Origin: Promethearchaeati archaeon SRVP18_Atabeyarchaeia-1
GTDB lineage: Archaea; Asgardarchaeota; Atabeyarchaeia; Atabeyarchaeales; Atabeyarchaeaceae
NCBI GenBank assembly: GCA_037308085.1
Contig: CP147779.1
Location: forward strand, 160,001 to 224,000
Reading direction: 5' to 3'
Length of the DNA: 64,000 nt
Positions 20,847 to 31,044 of this stretch are shown one piece after another (the stretch's first letter is position 1; every line of letters starts with the position of its first letter). A program made the translations under genes and the position numbers. Under the pieces are notes generated by a model. The model worked only from the letters and a program-made list of their open reading frames with translations. It was not told the origin of the DNA and did not search any database.

Positions 20847-21935
20847 CTATGCTAGAAACTCTTCCTTCAGCATTTGCAGATAATTGACTGCCATTTCGCT
20901 TGAGATCTCTCCAGATGCCCACTTTGTCCGGATGTTGTCGATCATGTATTCTGGGAAGAACAAAGAGATCTGTGGGTCTGCCTTGAGAAGGTATGCCCTA
21001 TGGTTGGAGCTGTCTGTAAGCTCGCTGACTATTCCTAGTTTCACCAAGTTCTTGATCAGCTTGCCAACCTCGTTACCCGATTTCTCAGTTAACTTCACGA
21101 GTTCGTCTTTATCGAGCACGCCCTTCCTGAGTTGGGATATCATCTGGTATAGGCTTGAATCGGTCAGTATTTCGGCGACCTTCATCATGTCATCCTCTGA
21201 CGGCTCACGTTTCTTAAAGAAATCAGTGATCTGGTTCCTCGACAGTTTTGCCGTATTTCCTTTTATCTCGCCTCTAAGTATCCTAGTCATTACTACCTCA
21301 GGAGGCACGAAAGCCGCAAATACATCCCGCGCGAGAAATATGCAGTCTCCTGTGACTCCTTCGACGACTCTCTTCTTGACAATGCCGGCCCTTGTTAGCG
21401 GGACCAGTAGTAGGTCTATGTCTGCTATTTGGGTTCCGAGCTCCTGTTCCAGCCACTCTTGTAGTTCCATCTTCGACATGCAACTTTCCGTCAATCTCCT
21501 GAAGATGAGCCTCCTCACTGGGTCTGAGAGTATAAGGGCTATTCTCTGCTCATCAGTTAGCTTAACGTACTCTGTGAGCCGGTCATACGCTTTGGCGAGA
21601 AAATCTTGGTAATTATCCATACCCAGTTTCTTTAGAAGATCCCTCGCAGCCTCGGTTAGTGGTTCCTCAAATATCCCTGCATCCTCATCTGAGCCTAGGA
21701 TAAGCGCAATGTAGTACTGTGCCTCACCCTTTCGGACAAGGCCGGTGTAGTAGCTTGCGACGTTCATCGCTTCCAGCTTCATTGACATAAAGCCAGCTTT
21801 TCCCTCTCCCATGGCGTGAGAAGTAAAAATCCTCATCGTCTCGTCAGCTGTCAGTTGGAGGTCTTCAGGGTACTTGGCGTCAAGCACCGTGCCCTGATTA
21901 TCATCCCATCTGACTGTGACAATTCCCTTCGGCAT
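20847..21935 (-). CDS. Longin/uDENN-like domain protein with C-terminal helical/wHTH-like modules
   Basis: N-terminal GIVTVRWDDNQGTVLDAKYP fits the uDENN/longin first-hairpin pattern; two wHTH-like segments. Confidence 0.65.
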   Translation of the reverse strand: MPKGIVTVRWDDNQGTVLDAKYPEDLQLTADETMRIFTSHAMGEGKAGFMSMKLEAMNVASYYTGLVRKGEAQYYIALILGSDEDAGIFEEPLTEAARDLLKKLGMDNYQDFLAKAYDRLTEYVKLTDEQRIALILSDPVRRLIFRRLTESCMSKMELQEWLEQELGTQIADIDLLLVPLTRAGIVKKRVVEGVTGDCIFLARDVFAAFVPPEVVMTRILRGEIKGNTAKLSRNQITDFFKKREPSEDDMMKVAEILTDSSLYQMISQLRKGVLDKDELVKLTEKSGNEVGKLIKNLVKLGIVSELTDSSNHRAYLLKADPQISLFFPEYMIDNIRTKWASGEISSEMAVNYLQMLKEEFLA

Positions 21936-22194
21936 AGGATCCGTTCAAGCCTCCTCTAGGCCTTCATGGGTTGCCAGCTCGCTTCAATATGCGCGAGCAC
22001 GCCGTGTTCAGGCTTCCGAGAACCTCCTCAGCGTATTTCAGTAGGAAGCCCACATTCTTGACTAATTATTGGGGGAATCAAGATATCAATATTCCCTTTC
22101 ATTCTGCGATGATCGCAACATCTCCAGGTGACAATGAGTCTGATTGGGATGAGATTCTTCACGAACTGCTATCTACGGTTATCCTGAAGAACTG

Positions 22195-22677
22195 TCATTT
22201 GGCTGTTGCTCCAAGATCCTTTCCTGTTGGCGCCAGCAGCTCTTTTTCCATTGTCTCTAGTTCCTTTTTCACGGAGCCTGTGATCTTCAATTCACCAGTG
22301 TTGACTCGAACGCGGAGAGACATCCACCTGAAGGAATCGGAGAGTAGTTGCTGGAAGTTTTCCTGGTTGCGGCGAGCGATGAGCCTCCCTGAGATCTTTT
22401 CAAGCGATTCCTTGTATTTCTCCCCGCTCTCGTCTTGTCTCAGAACTATGGCAACCATGTACTGCGGTCTTCCTCTTACAGCCATTCCAGTATAGAAGCT
22501 GGCAATGTTCGAGTTACCTATTCTGAGAGTCTGGAAACCGGTAGTCCCAGCCATGGCTGCGCTGCTGAAGGCCGTTATGAGGTTTCCTTCATTGTAGAAG
22601 CGCTCGTCGGGGAAGTGTTCCCCAACAACTGGCCCAGTAGCGTCGTCCCAATGTAGTATGATGAGACCCTTAGGCAT
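22195..22677 (-). CDS. Single-domain longin/uDENN-like paralog
   Basis: MPKGLIILHWDDATGPVVGEHFP...NIASFYTG...QYMVAIVL aligns by eye with the N-terminus of 20847-21935. Confidence 0.65.
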   Translation of the reverse strand: MPKGLIILHWDDATGPVVGEHFPDERFYNEGNLITAFSSAAMAGTTGFQTLRIGNSNIASFYTGMAVRGRPQYMVAIVLRQDESGEKYKESLEKISGRLIARRNQENFQQLLSDSFRWMSLRVRVNTGELKITGSVKKELETMEKELLAPTGKDLGATAK

Positions 22678-22834
22678 AGTATAGTTGCTCCCACCATTTT
22701 CTTAGGGCAGAAACCAACTTCTACCCTTTCAGATACTATGATCGCTATCAGTTAAAATCTTTTGCCAGTGCCAAGTCTGCTCTTCGCCTTGATCGTCATC
22801 TTCGCAACGTGGGCCAAACACGGTGGATCCTGAT

Positions 22835-23635
22835 CTATGTGAGTACATAAGATTGTAGGTTGGCCTTCATGAAGTCGAGTGTCCGCTTATACTCGTTCAT
22901 GATCCTGTCGTAGCCATCTTCTGGCACTTCCTCCGTGCCCATGCGTTCCCCGCTCTGTTCAACAATGGTCCACCTAGAAAGATCTTCTCTTGACGGAGTG
23001 ACCAGCTGCCGCTTGTCAGCCAAAAACATGCTCAACTTGTGGGGGTCATCGTACTGTGATTTCCCACTAGAGAGAATGGATGAGTACGGGGCATAGATCT
23101 TCTTGTTAATCCCCTTTAGTACAAATCTGGCCTGTGACAGCCCGCTTGTCAGCTTGATCTCCAAATGCACATCCGTCGTAGATATGTATTCTATGGTCGG
23201 AATCGAAGCGAGAGATCTTACTTCCGCAAGTTTCCCTTGGACAAGAGGTTTTCCGCGGGTCATCATCACCTTTCTAACGTGGCTCTCTATTTCCTCCTTT
23301 GAAGACTCTTCCAAGGGATCTATGACATCTGGAGAGACCATGTTTACCAGTGGAAGCATCACGTTGGGCCTTAATTCAGTTGGGTCGAAGATTACGGCGC
23401 TGATTGTATGTTCGAACTCTATTCCACCGGTTGCTTTCTTTATTACTCCTTTGACATAGCCTGGGCCTATTAGTGCTGACCGTACAATGTCGTCTGATCC
23501 CTGTAAAATAAGGGACCAGAGCTGCCTTGAGGCGATCAGTATCTTACCTTCAAACTCGTCCCTACCAAACTTGGAGATGAAGCTAGGGACGACGAAGTCT
23601 ACCAGCCAGTACATGGTTTTCTGTCCGTGGGACAA
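22835..23635 (-). CDS. Hypothetical protein
   Basis: Long ORF; TTG start after GGAGGAGG. Confidence 0.7.
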   Translation of the reverse strand: MSHGQKTMYWLVDFVVPSFISKFGRDEFEGKILIASRQLWSLILQGSDDIVRSALIGPGYVKGVIKKATGGIEFEHTISAVIFDPTELRPNVMLPLVNMVSPDVIDPLEESSKEEIESHVRKVMMTRGKPLVQGKLAEVRSLASIPTIEYISTTDVHLEIKLTSGLSQARFVLKGINKKIYAPYSSILSSGKSQYDDPHKLSMFLADKRQLVTPSREDLSRWTIVEQSGERMGTEEVPEDGYDRIMNEYKRTLDFMKANLQSYVLT

Positions 23636-23703
23636 GCTAACCTCCTCCCATCGTGATTGTGTTTCCGTGCTAAGATTTCTGCATGGGCTCTTAATGTTTT
23701 TCC

Positions 23704-25008
23704 CTAGGTTTCGCGTGTTCGAGCCGCTGGCCTTGTTTCCTCGCACTGTAGTCTGCCACAAGTTTCGAGGAGATAGTCTGACAGGAAGTTGTATAATGAG
23801 CTGAGGTCAATCTTCTCTATTATTTCGAGATCGTCTGTCTGCTGTTTCTGAACAAAGGTTCCAAGCTTCGCCAGCACCTCCTCCTTGTTCAGCTTCTGAG
23901 CCCCGTTGAATCGGTCATTCATATTCATGATCATATTGAGCGCCACGTCTATTGGCGGGTTCTTGTCCCCGCTCAGCACCTTGTGCACCTTTTCAACAGC
24001 TTTCCTCATGAATTCCTTTGAATCATCCCGCCGCGCCGCAAGTCTTATGTCTCGTTCCAAGAAGTCATACGGATCTTCAAGTAGCGGCGGAAGCCCTCCG
24101 TCTCTCGGGGTTGGCGAAACGACTGTCAGGTAGCTGCCTTTCTCGGGTGAAGCTGGTGGGGTGCTCCTGATCGGAATTAGCTGAGCTATTAGTTCAGCTA
24201 GACCCGCTTCCGAAATCGATTCGACAGGGGGGTTCATCTGTGACAATGCGTCTTCCATTCGGCTTATGTTACGCTTTAGAGGCTCCATCTCCCTGCTGGA
24301 CCACGATGAGAAGTCAGCTGCTTGAAGGGCTGATTTCAGCTTGCTTAGAATCGCCCGGACTTCCCCAACTCTGGCGGAGAGAACTTCCAGTTTTTCGTAC
24401 TTGGTTGGACTCTGTAGGATAGCCTCTGCCAACGCCAATGCCCCTTGGTAGGCTTTTGTCTTCCTATGAGAGGAGACCCACTTGTGAAGTATTGGCGCAA
24501 TGAGCCCTCTTGTGATCTTGTCTCTTTCTTGGAGAATCACGACAACCTTCTCAAGTGGCAATTCCTTTGAATCCAGCATGCCTGCGATTGTTGTCATGAT
24601 CCCTGTCTTGTCATTAACCTGGCGAGAGAACTTCTTATAGAGATACTCTGTCCATTGCCCTTCCTTCACGGAGAAGTCGAGTTCAGATGACTCTATTGGT
24701 GGAATGGCATCGTCCGTCTTCCCTAGTCTCAGGTACTCCCTTCTTAGCAGTTCGCATGCCACGTCTGAGGAGAGAATGCCGTCCATAGATATCTGGTAAG
24801 CAGCAAGACCAAGAGCTAGCGGTACACCGAACTTTTCGGCTATTCGTCTTGCATCGGGTTTCGGCACTTTGAAGATCTTCTGGCTGAATTCGCCAAAACT
24901 TGCTTTGAACTCGGTGTTCAGATCCCGGATGGTATTGTCAACTGTTTCTTCATCTCCACCCGGGTAGTGTTTACCTCCTCGTAACTCCTTCCTGATCCAT
25001 TGGCTCAA
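23704..25008 (-). CDS. Hypothetical protein (helical)
   Basis: 434-aa ORF, SD-like GGGGAG upstream. Confidence 0.75.
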   Translation of the reverse strand: MSQWIRKELRGGKHYPGGDEETVDNTIRDLNTEFKASFGEFSQKIFKVPKPDARRIAEKFGVPLALGLAAYQISMDGILSSDVACELLRREYLRLGKTDDAIPPIESSELDFSVKEGQWTEYLYKKFSRQVNDKTGIMTTIAGMLDSKELPLEKVVVILQERDKITRGLIAPILHKWVSSHRKTKAYQGALALAEAILQSPTKYEKLEVLSARVGEVRAILSKLKSALQAADFSSWSSREMEPLKRNISRMEDALSQMNPPVESISEAGLAELIAQLIPIRSTPPASPEKGSYLTVVSPTPRDGGLPPLLEDPYDFLERDIRLAARRDDSKEFMRKAVEKVHKVLSGDKNPPIDVALNMIMNMNDRFNGAQKLNKEEVLAKLGTFVQKQQTDDLEIIEKIDLSSLYNFLSDYLLETCGRLQCEETRPAARTRET

Positions 25009-25149
25009 GTGATTTTCTCCCCTAAAATGAATCGGCTATGCAGAGGAAACAGCCACGTACCTTTGCGCGTGAAGCCCCCAGAAAATGTGGGAGCAATATG
25101 CAAACTATTTGACGGGTTTGCGTATATAAGCACTTTTTCGAGTTATCAA

Positions 25150-25338
25150 TCAAACGAGAGAAGAAAGGAGAAGGAAGTGCACGCCGAAGCCCAACAAGAG
25201 AGACATGGCGGTAATCGTTGCTGATGCCTTGAACCACGAGAATTTGACCGTGTACTCTACTTGCATTACAAGCCAGATCACCATTAGTATCCCAAAGAGT
25301 AGGAATACAAGGCTCATCAATGAGAGTATTGCTGACAT
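25150..25338 (-). CDS. Small two-helix membrane protein
   Basis: 62 aa, two hydrophobic helices, GGTGAG upstream of ATG. Confidence 0.6.
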   Translation of the reverse strand: MSAILSLMSLVFLLFGILMVIWLVMQVEYTVKFSWFKASATITAMSLLLGFGVHFLLLSSLV

Positions 25339-25604
25339 TCTTTTCTCACCAAGTGATCGATGACTGGCAGATGAACATGCTGGGTCTTCTGTAAAGCGGT
25401 TCTCAAGTCAAGCCCATCTAAGTCTGCTATGTTCTCGACGGCAACGATCTTGCCTGAAGGGCTACTTGATACTGGGACTTCCCAGTTCTACTATAACTCT
25501 AACTTTGGATATTTAACTCTTTACAGACGCGGGCCAGAAAACCCACGTCTTCTCGGGAAGTCTCGCAATTTGAAGTGGAGTAGTCCACAAGCTCGAAGTC
25601 CGCT

Positions 25605-26564
25605 CTACATCTTGAACCCGTACTCTTCCTCGAAGATCCTTCTAAGAAGTGAGTATGCTCCTTGCGGAGGGATCACGCCCTTCTCGGTTATTATTGCATC
25701 TATGTATTCTGGAGGGGAGACATCGAACTGAGGGTTTCTAACTGTAAGGTTTTCCCTCAATTCGCCATCGTATATCATAGATGGGTCTTCCTCCTCTATT
25801 GTAATACGTTGCCCTATTATGGACTCTGGATAGAACTTGTAGGTGCCCGCCGCGACCAGTGTTCTCACGCGAGCTTCGTTGGCGAGCGTGGCTATGACAG
25901 AGGTGCCTATCTTGTTCACTATTGCGCCGTTGACGGCGATGGCTTCCGCCCCCACGATGACGTTATCGACATCGTGCATGAATACTCTCACTGCGATGTC
26001 TATTATGAAAGTCACGGGAAAACCTATCTTTAGTATTTCCTCGGTCATTTTTCTGCCTTCGAACGCAGGCCGTGATTCTGTGACGATTAGATGGACTTCT
26101 TTTCCTTCCTCTTTGAGCTTCTTGAGGATTGACAGGACAGATGTGCTGTAACAGTGCGTCAGGATTAGGTCGCCATTACTAATCCTTTTGGAGCCTATCT
26201 CTCCTATTTTCACCTTGGCTTCGTCAATCTTCGCACGAAATGTCTTGGCGGCGTCTATAGCTGATTGTCTGACACCCTCAGCCTTCAATCCTTCTTTAGC
26301 CGCCAGCGTAGCTCTATGAATAACATAGCGAGTTGAGTTCTGGAGAGAGGCTGAAGTTGGGCGTGACTCCGAAAGCATTCCCCCGGTTTTCTTCAATTCA
26401 TCCAAGAATCCTTCCGGTGTGCGTGCAGTAATTGATGATGCAGCCTTCTCCAAGGCATAGGATGCGGCCTTTGCAGTGTCATCTGCAGTCGATATTTCCC
26501 TGCGTCTTATCTTCCAGATAATGTCAGTCACTGATCCTAGAGCTTCGTCCCTCATTATCTTCAT
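25605..26564 (-). CDS. eIF2B alpha/beta/delta family protein, divergent R15P isomerase paralog
   Basis: SRPTS, THCYS, TESRP, VGAEAI.NG.IVNKIGT, NPQFDVSP. Confidence 0.85.
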   Translation of the reverse strand: MKIMRDEALGSVTDIIWKIRRREISTADDTAKAASYALEKAASSITARTPEGFLDELKKTGGMLSESRPTSASLQNSTRYVIHRATLAAKEGLKAEGVRQSAIDAAKTFRAKIDEAKVKIGEIGSKRISNGDLILTHCYSTSVLSILKKLKEEGKEVHLIVTESRPAFEGRKMTEEILKIGFPVTFIIDIAVRVFMHDVDNVIVGAEAIAVNGAIVNKIGTSVIATLANEARVRTLVAAGTYKFYPESIIGQRITIEEEDPSMIYDGELRENLTVRNPQFDVSPPEYIDAIITEKGVIPPQGAYSLLRRIFEEEYGFKM

Positions 26565-26741
26565 TCCCCCGACTAAGGTCACTCCGAAACCTGAGCCAAC
26601 CGAAGAGAGCCTGTTGGGAATAAGTTTTAAGAACACTAGGTCTTCTTAATGCTATAAATCTTTTAATAAATCATGCGGTTAACCTGTTCATGCTTTGTCA
26701 TGTCTTCTGGAAACGGCATCTAAGAGAGGCGTGAAAGAATT

Positions 26742-27698
26742 TTGGAGGAAGAAGTTGAACGGATTGCAAAGGACATCGAGTCCATGAGGATCAGGGGTGC
26801 AGGGAGAATTGCAAGAGCTGCTGCAAGCGCCCTCTCGATCGTTGCTACGAGATCAGCGGCTGCTGACACGGAAAGTTATGTTGAGGAAATGGCTCTTGCA
26901 GCAAAGAGACTCATAAACACGAGACCAACTGCCGTCTCCCTTCCAAATAGTGTACGATACGTAATGAAGAAATTGAGGGAAGGAGTCAAGGCAGGCTACT
27001 CCCTACAGAGACTTAAGAGCTATGTCATAGATGTTGCAGATACCTTCATTGAGAATTCTGAGCAGGCCGTCATCCGAATAGGGGAATACGGGAGTAAACT
27101 GATAGAAAGCGGCGACACGGTCATGACTCACTGCAATTCAGCCGCGGCCCTTGAAATCATCAAAACTGCCCATAGGCAGGGGAAGGACCTCAGAGCATTT
27201 GCCACGGAGACGAGACCCCTGTTCCAAGGTCATATAACCGCTCAGATCCTCAGCAAGGAAGGAATTGATGTTTCACTAATATGCGATAACGCCGTCAGAT
27301 ACTTCATCAGCAGAATCGACAAAGTGATAGTGGGAGCTGACGCAATAGCGGCAAATGGAGCGCTTATCAACAAGATAGGCACATCGATGGTTGCGTTGGC
27401 AGCAAAGGAAGCGTCCATCCCATTTATCGTGGGAGCTGAGACGATCAAGTTCAGCCCTGAGACGATCATAGGGGAACTAATAAGAATCGAGGAAAGACCT
27501 TGGACTGAAGTCATCAGCCCAGAAATACTCAGAAACATAGGAGAAGTCAAGGTCTACAATCCGGCTTTTGACATCACCCCCCAAATGTACATAGATATGA
27601 TCGTAACCGAAAAAGGTGTCATACCGCCACAAGGCGCTATCGACATCCTGCAAGAGGACTATGGCTGGATGACTCCAGAGGAACTGTACATATTATGA
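26742..27698 (+). CDS. Ribose-1,5-bisphosphate isomerase
   Basis: MRIRGAGRIA, TRPTAVSL, THCNS (Cys), GADAI (Asp), NKIGT; directly upstream of RuBisCO. Confidence 0.9.
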   Translation: MEEEVERIAKDIESMRIRGAGRIARAAASALSIVATRSAAADTESYVEEMALAAKRLINTRPTAVSLPNSVRYVMKKLREGVKAGYSLQRLKSYVIDVADTFIENSEQAVIRIGEYGSKLIESGDTVMTHCNSAAALEIIKTAHRQGKDLRAFATETRPLFQGHITAQILSKEGIDVSLICDNAVRYFISRIDKVIVGADAIAANGALINKIGTSMVALAAKEASIPFIVGAETIKFSPETIIGELIRIEERPWTEVISPEILRNIGEVKVYNPAFDITPQMYIDMIVTEKGVIPPQGAIDILQEDYGWMTPEELYIL

Positions 27699-27727
27699 GG
27701 CAGAGATAGAAACCAATTGGCGGGGAC

Positions 27728-29014
27728 GTGCGCATGGGCAGAGATGAGATCATAGACAGGACATTTGTGGCTGAGCCTTCAGATCTTGACCCTGACAAGT
27801 TTGTTGTCGCTACCTATTATGTAGATGCAGATTTCTCCACATTAAAAGCAGGTGAGCAGATAGCCATCGAAGAAAGCATAGGAACATGGACTGATGTGAG
27901 CACCGCTAGAGAAGACGTGAAGAGACTAGCAGGCAGAGTCTTTGAACACCCTCAAGGAAATGAGGGTGTAATCAAAATAGCCTACCCACTCGAACTCTTC
28001 GATGTCGATTCAGGCATTCCAAACCTGCTGAGCATTGTAGCTGGCAACTTATTCGGGCTTGCGCCATTAAGAAGCGTGAAACTTCTGGATATTGAGCTAC
28101 CGAGAGCATATGTGAAGAGCTTTCCTGGCCCGAGACACGGCATAGAGGGAATCAGAGGCATCATTGGAACACTCAAGGATCGGAGACCACACGTCGGAAC
28201 CATAATCAAACCAAAGGTCGGGCTGAACCCGAAGCAGACGGCGGAAGTCGCTTACCAAGCCGCCGTAGGAGGAGTAGACCTTGTAAAAGACGATGAGACC
28301 TTGACAAATCAGCCCTTCTGCCCACTAGAGGAAAGAGTGAGTAGAGTCATCGAGAAACTTGATCAAGCTACGGCAGAGACTGGGAGAAAGATACTCTACG
28401 CCACCAATGTCTCGGCTTACCATGAGAAGATGATGAAACTGGCGCAGACGGCAATGAACAATGGCGCAAATTGCCTTATGATTGATTTCCTCACTGCCGG
28501 ATTCTCAGGCCTACAAGCATTATCATCTGAGAGTTCATTCAACGTTCCGATACACGTCCATAGAACGATGCATGGCGTGTTCGACAGGAACCCCAAACAG
28601 GGCATAGCTATGATTGTATTAGCCAAGCTTGTACGATTAGCTGGCGGTGACCAACTACACACGGGGGCAGCTGCTGGCAAAATGGAGGATGCAGGTAAGG
28701 CCGTCAAGGACGTGAATGATTTCCTCAGATCCGAGTGGAATGGACTCAGGACTGTCCTGCCAGTCGCGTCTGGAGGAATACATCCAGGGATCGTTCCAGA
28801 CAACGTTCAAGCACTGGGCAAAGACATATTGATCCAAGCTGGAGGAGGAATACATGGTCATCCACAGGGCACAAAAGCTGGAGCTGGAGCGATGCGGCAA
28901 GCCGTCGAGGCAGTCATGAGTAAAATTACATTGGAAGTGTATGCAAAGTCACACAAAGAACTTGCGTTGGCTTTGGAGAAGTGGGACAGAAGATATGGAA
29001 AAGAGGCAGATTAA
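27728..29014 (+). CDS. rbcL: Form III (archaeal) RuBisCO
   Basis: EESIGTW, GNLF, KPK, KDDE, HVHR, QLHTG, GKME, SGG, AGGG: catalytic set apparently complete. Confidence 0.92.
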   Translation: MRMGRDEIIDRTFVAEPSDLDPDKFVVATYYVDADFSTLKAGEQIAIEESIGTWTDVSTAREDVKRLAGRVFEHPQGNEGVIKIAYPLELFDVDSGIPNLLSIVAGNLFGLAPLRSVKLLDIELPRAYVKSFPGPRHGIEGIRGIIGTLKDRRPHVGTIIKPKVGLNPKQTAEVAYQAAVGGVDLVKDDETLTNQPFCPLEERVSRVIEKLDQATAETGRKILYATNVSAYHEKMMKLAQTAMNNGANCLMIDFLTAGFSGLQALSSESSFNVPIHVHRTMHGVFDRNPKQGIAMIVLAKLVRLAGGDQLHTGAAAGKMEDAGKAVKDVNDFLRSEWNGLRTVLPVASGGIHPGIVPDNVQALGKDILIQAGGGIHGHPQGTKAGAGAMRQAVEAVMSKITLEVYAKSHKELALALEKWDRRYGKEAD

Positions 29015-29102
29015 TCCGTAAGGTTATTCCTCTATTAACGGGATCGCAAACAATGGGTTTCGGGAATTTTTCACAAGGTCTGCTTTCGGGGGTTCATCAT
29101 GT

Positions 29103-29753
29103 TTGCCTAAGAAGTCGAAAAACAGTTCCGCCAAGGAAATCATCAAGTTCGGAATAGTGATAGCTATTATCATTGGCGGCGTACTGGGCGCAAACGTGGC
29201 GCTACAGGCTGCCCTAGGTACACCAATTCCAATAGTCGTGGTTACTTCGGGCAGCATGGTTCCAACAATAAACGTGGGAGATGTATGCGTGATACAAAGG
29301 GTTAGCCCTGATCAGTACGTTGTCGGGAACCATACCACCCACACGGGTGACATCATTGTATGGGATGCCACAGGCATACTGCAAACGGAAGGCAATGAAC
29401 CCGTAATACACAGAATTGTTGACCGCAGATACAACAACGGCACGGGGCACTTCGAGTTCCTGACAGAAGGAGATAACAATTTTGGCCCAGATCGTAGAAC
29501 CGACAACGGGAGCCTTGCATGGTTTCAGGACGCCAGAGTGTACGGCAAAGTCACACTCATAATACCTTGGATTGGCAACATATTCCTGTTCCTCAGAGGG
29601 GGAGGCGTATGGCTGGTGGTCTTGGTACTTGCAGTCATCATCGTACTGATGTTCGTAGAGGAGATGTCCAAGATAGAGAAAAAGGCAAAGGAGAAGCTTG
29701 AAACTAACCCTAATGGGAAAGGGTTGCATAATTCGAGTGAGTACGCAACCTAA
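29103..29753 (+). CDS. Signal peptidase I (Sec11-type)
   Basis: N-terminal TM, SGSMVPT Ser, IHRI His, GDNN, C-terminal TM. Confidence 0.92.
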   Translation: MPKKSKNSSAKEIIKFGIVIAIIIGGVLGANVALQAALGTPIPIVVVTSGSMVPTINVGDVCVIQRVSPDQYVVGNHTTHTGDIIVWDATGILQTEGNEPVIHRIVDRRYNNGTGHFEFLTEGDNNFGPDRRTDNGSLAWFQDARVYGKVTLIIPWIGNIFLFLRGGGVWLVVLVLAVIIVLMFVEEMSKIEKKAKEKLETNPNGKGLHNSSEYAT

Positions 29754-30970
29754 GATTGTGGATGCGAGACTATCGAGATGAATTCGTCTTGGGGTTTTAT
29801 TGCCCCGCTCCCGACCACGACCCTATAAAAGCACAACTTGCCAGTCCTCGCATCCTCTGCCTTTTCGAGCGAGCCTGATACCTTTATTTCATCTCCTTTG
29901 AAAGCTATCCCCCTTAGTTCCCCTATCATAGATACTACCTGTGAAGGTCTCATGTCGGCTTCCACGCGTGACTGTGGGTCAAGTGGTCTGTATCCTGACA
30001 CGCCGTAGATGGCAGGTCGGAAGAGAGACTCTCGATCTTCTGTTACTTTACATATGAATGATAAGTGGCGTTCGCTGTTGATGTAGTTCAGGTCTCCGAA
30101 GTGCTCAGTTATCTCTTCGTATGTTCTGATGGCGTTGAGTACGACTCTTTTGCCTTTCCAAGTGAAACGGTTCCTCCTCAACGTATCGAATATCGTTTCC
30201 TCGAGTAGACCGAAGCCACCATTTCTGTTAGCTAGATCATTGAGTTCCGCCAAGACTTTTCTGAAGTTTTCTGCGCCATATACCGCAACATCGATGTCGC
30301 TCTGCGGGTTATGCATCCCGAGCGAAATTGAGCCATGGACCCCGAACTTATCTAGCGGAACCCTGCAACACTCTGAGAGGAAGCTCGTCAACTTCGTTGC
30401 CATGTCCTCCAAATCATCTAGGTGCCCTTCTCGCTCCTTCTTGAAGAGCCTTGCTAGGCTCGTCGAGGGTTCGTATATCTTCTTAATGGCGGTCTTCGGA
30501 ACCGTGAGCAGCGACTTCTTAAGCTTAGGGTCTTCCACGACGTACCCTGAATGATTCTTCCTGAAGACGCCAATTATGTGATCGTAGTTGCTAGGCGAGT
30601 AGAGCATTGCCGGCCTTACGAGTTCTGTGTCCTCGAGTTTCCATTCGTAGGGTAGCCACTCTATCTCGAATTCCTTTGCCAGTTTCTTGGGAACGTACTT
30701 GAGGTACGAGATCACTCTCTCCGGTGGATGGAGATATCCGATTACATAAAAGACGAAGCCCTCCTTTGTCAGTGTGGCATCGCCATCTCGTGGAATCCAC
30801 GTTCGGATCTCGGCAGAATTCCGATTAGTCTGTGACAGTCTGCTTTCCTCCAAGATTCCGTCCCGATTGTTGTCCCGTCTACGCGCTGGGCGAGCTTCTC
30901 TCCGACTCTTCCTTTTGAACTCCTTTAGGGCCTCTTCCGTGCGCCTATGTTTCCTTGATGCTTCGCCCAA
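29750..30970 (-). CDS. Uncharacterised archaeal nucleotidyltransferase (Pol-beta fold), paralog 1
   Basis: GVHGS...SDIDVAVYG motif, RDGD...GYLHPP N-terminus; true start unclear (frame open to 31051). Confidence 0.8.
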   Translation of the reverse strand: MGEASRKHRRTEEALKEFKRKSRREARPARRRDNNRDGILEESRLSQTNRNSAEIRTWIPRDGDATLTKEGFVFYVIGYLHPPERVISYLKYVPKKLAKEFEIEWLPYEWKLEDTELVRPAMLYSPSNYDHIIGVFRKNHSGYVVEDPKLKKSLLTVPKTAIKKIYEPSTSLARLFKKEREGHLDDLEDMATKLTSFLSECCRVPLDKFGVHGSISLGMHNPQSDIDVAVYGAENFRKVLAELNDLANRNGGFGLLEETIFDTLRRNRFTWKGKRVVLNAIRTYEEITEHFGDLNYINSERHLSFICKVTEDRESLFRPAIYGVSGYRPLDPQSRVEADMRPSQVVSMIGELRGIAFKGDEIKVSGSLEKAEDARTGKLCFYRVVVGSGAIKPQDEFISIVSHPQS

Positions 30971-31044
30971 GAATGCGGGTCTAATTCTGCGCTCATCCTT
31001 AGACCGTTTAGGATCGATATCAATTGAAGAGAATATGTCGTCTA

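Noticed and set aside
20884-21612. Long antisense ORFs (this one and e.g. 46495-47112)
   Set aside because: Ser-rich shadows fully opposite well-supported genes
22106-22143. Possible box C/D guide RNA (GCGATGA...CTGA)
   Set aside because: Degenerate boxes and no room for a second guide
27728-29014. Calvin-cycle autotrophy
   Set aside because: Form III RuBisCO next to R15P isomerase indicates nucleoside salvage; no phosphoribulokinase in the window
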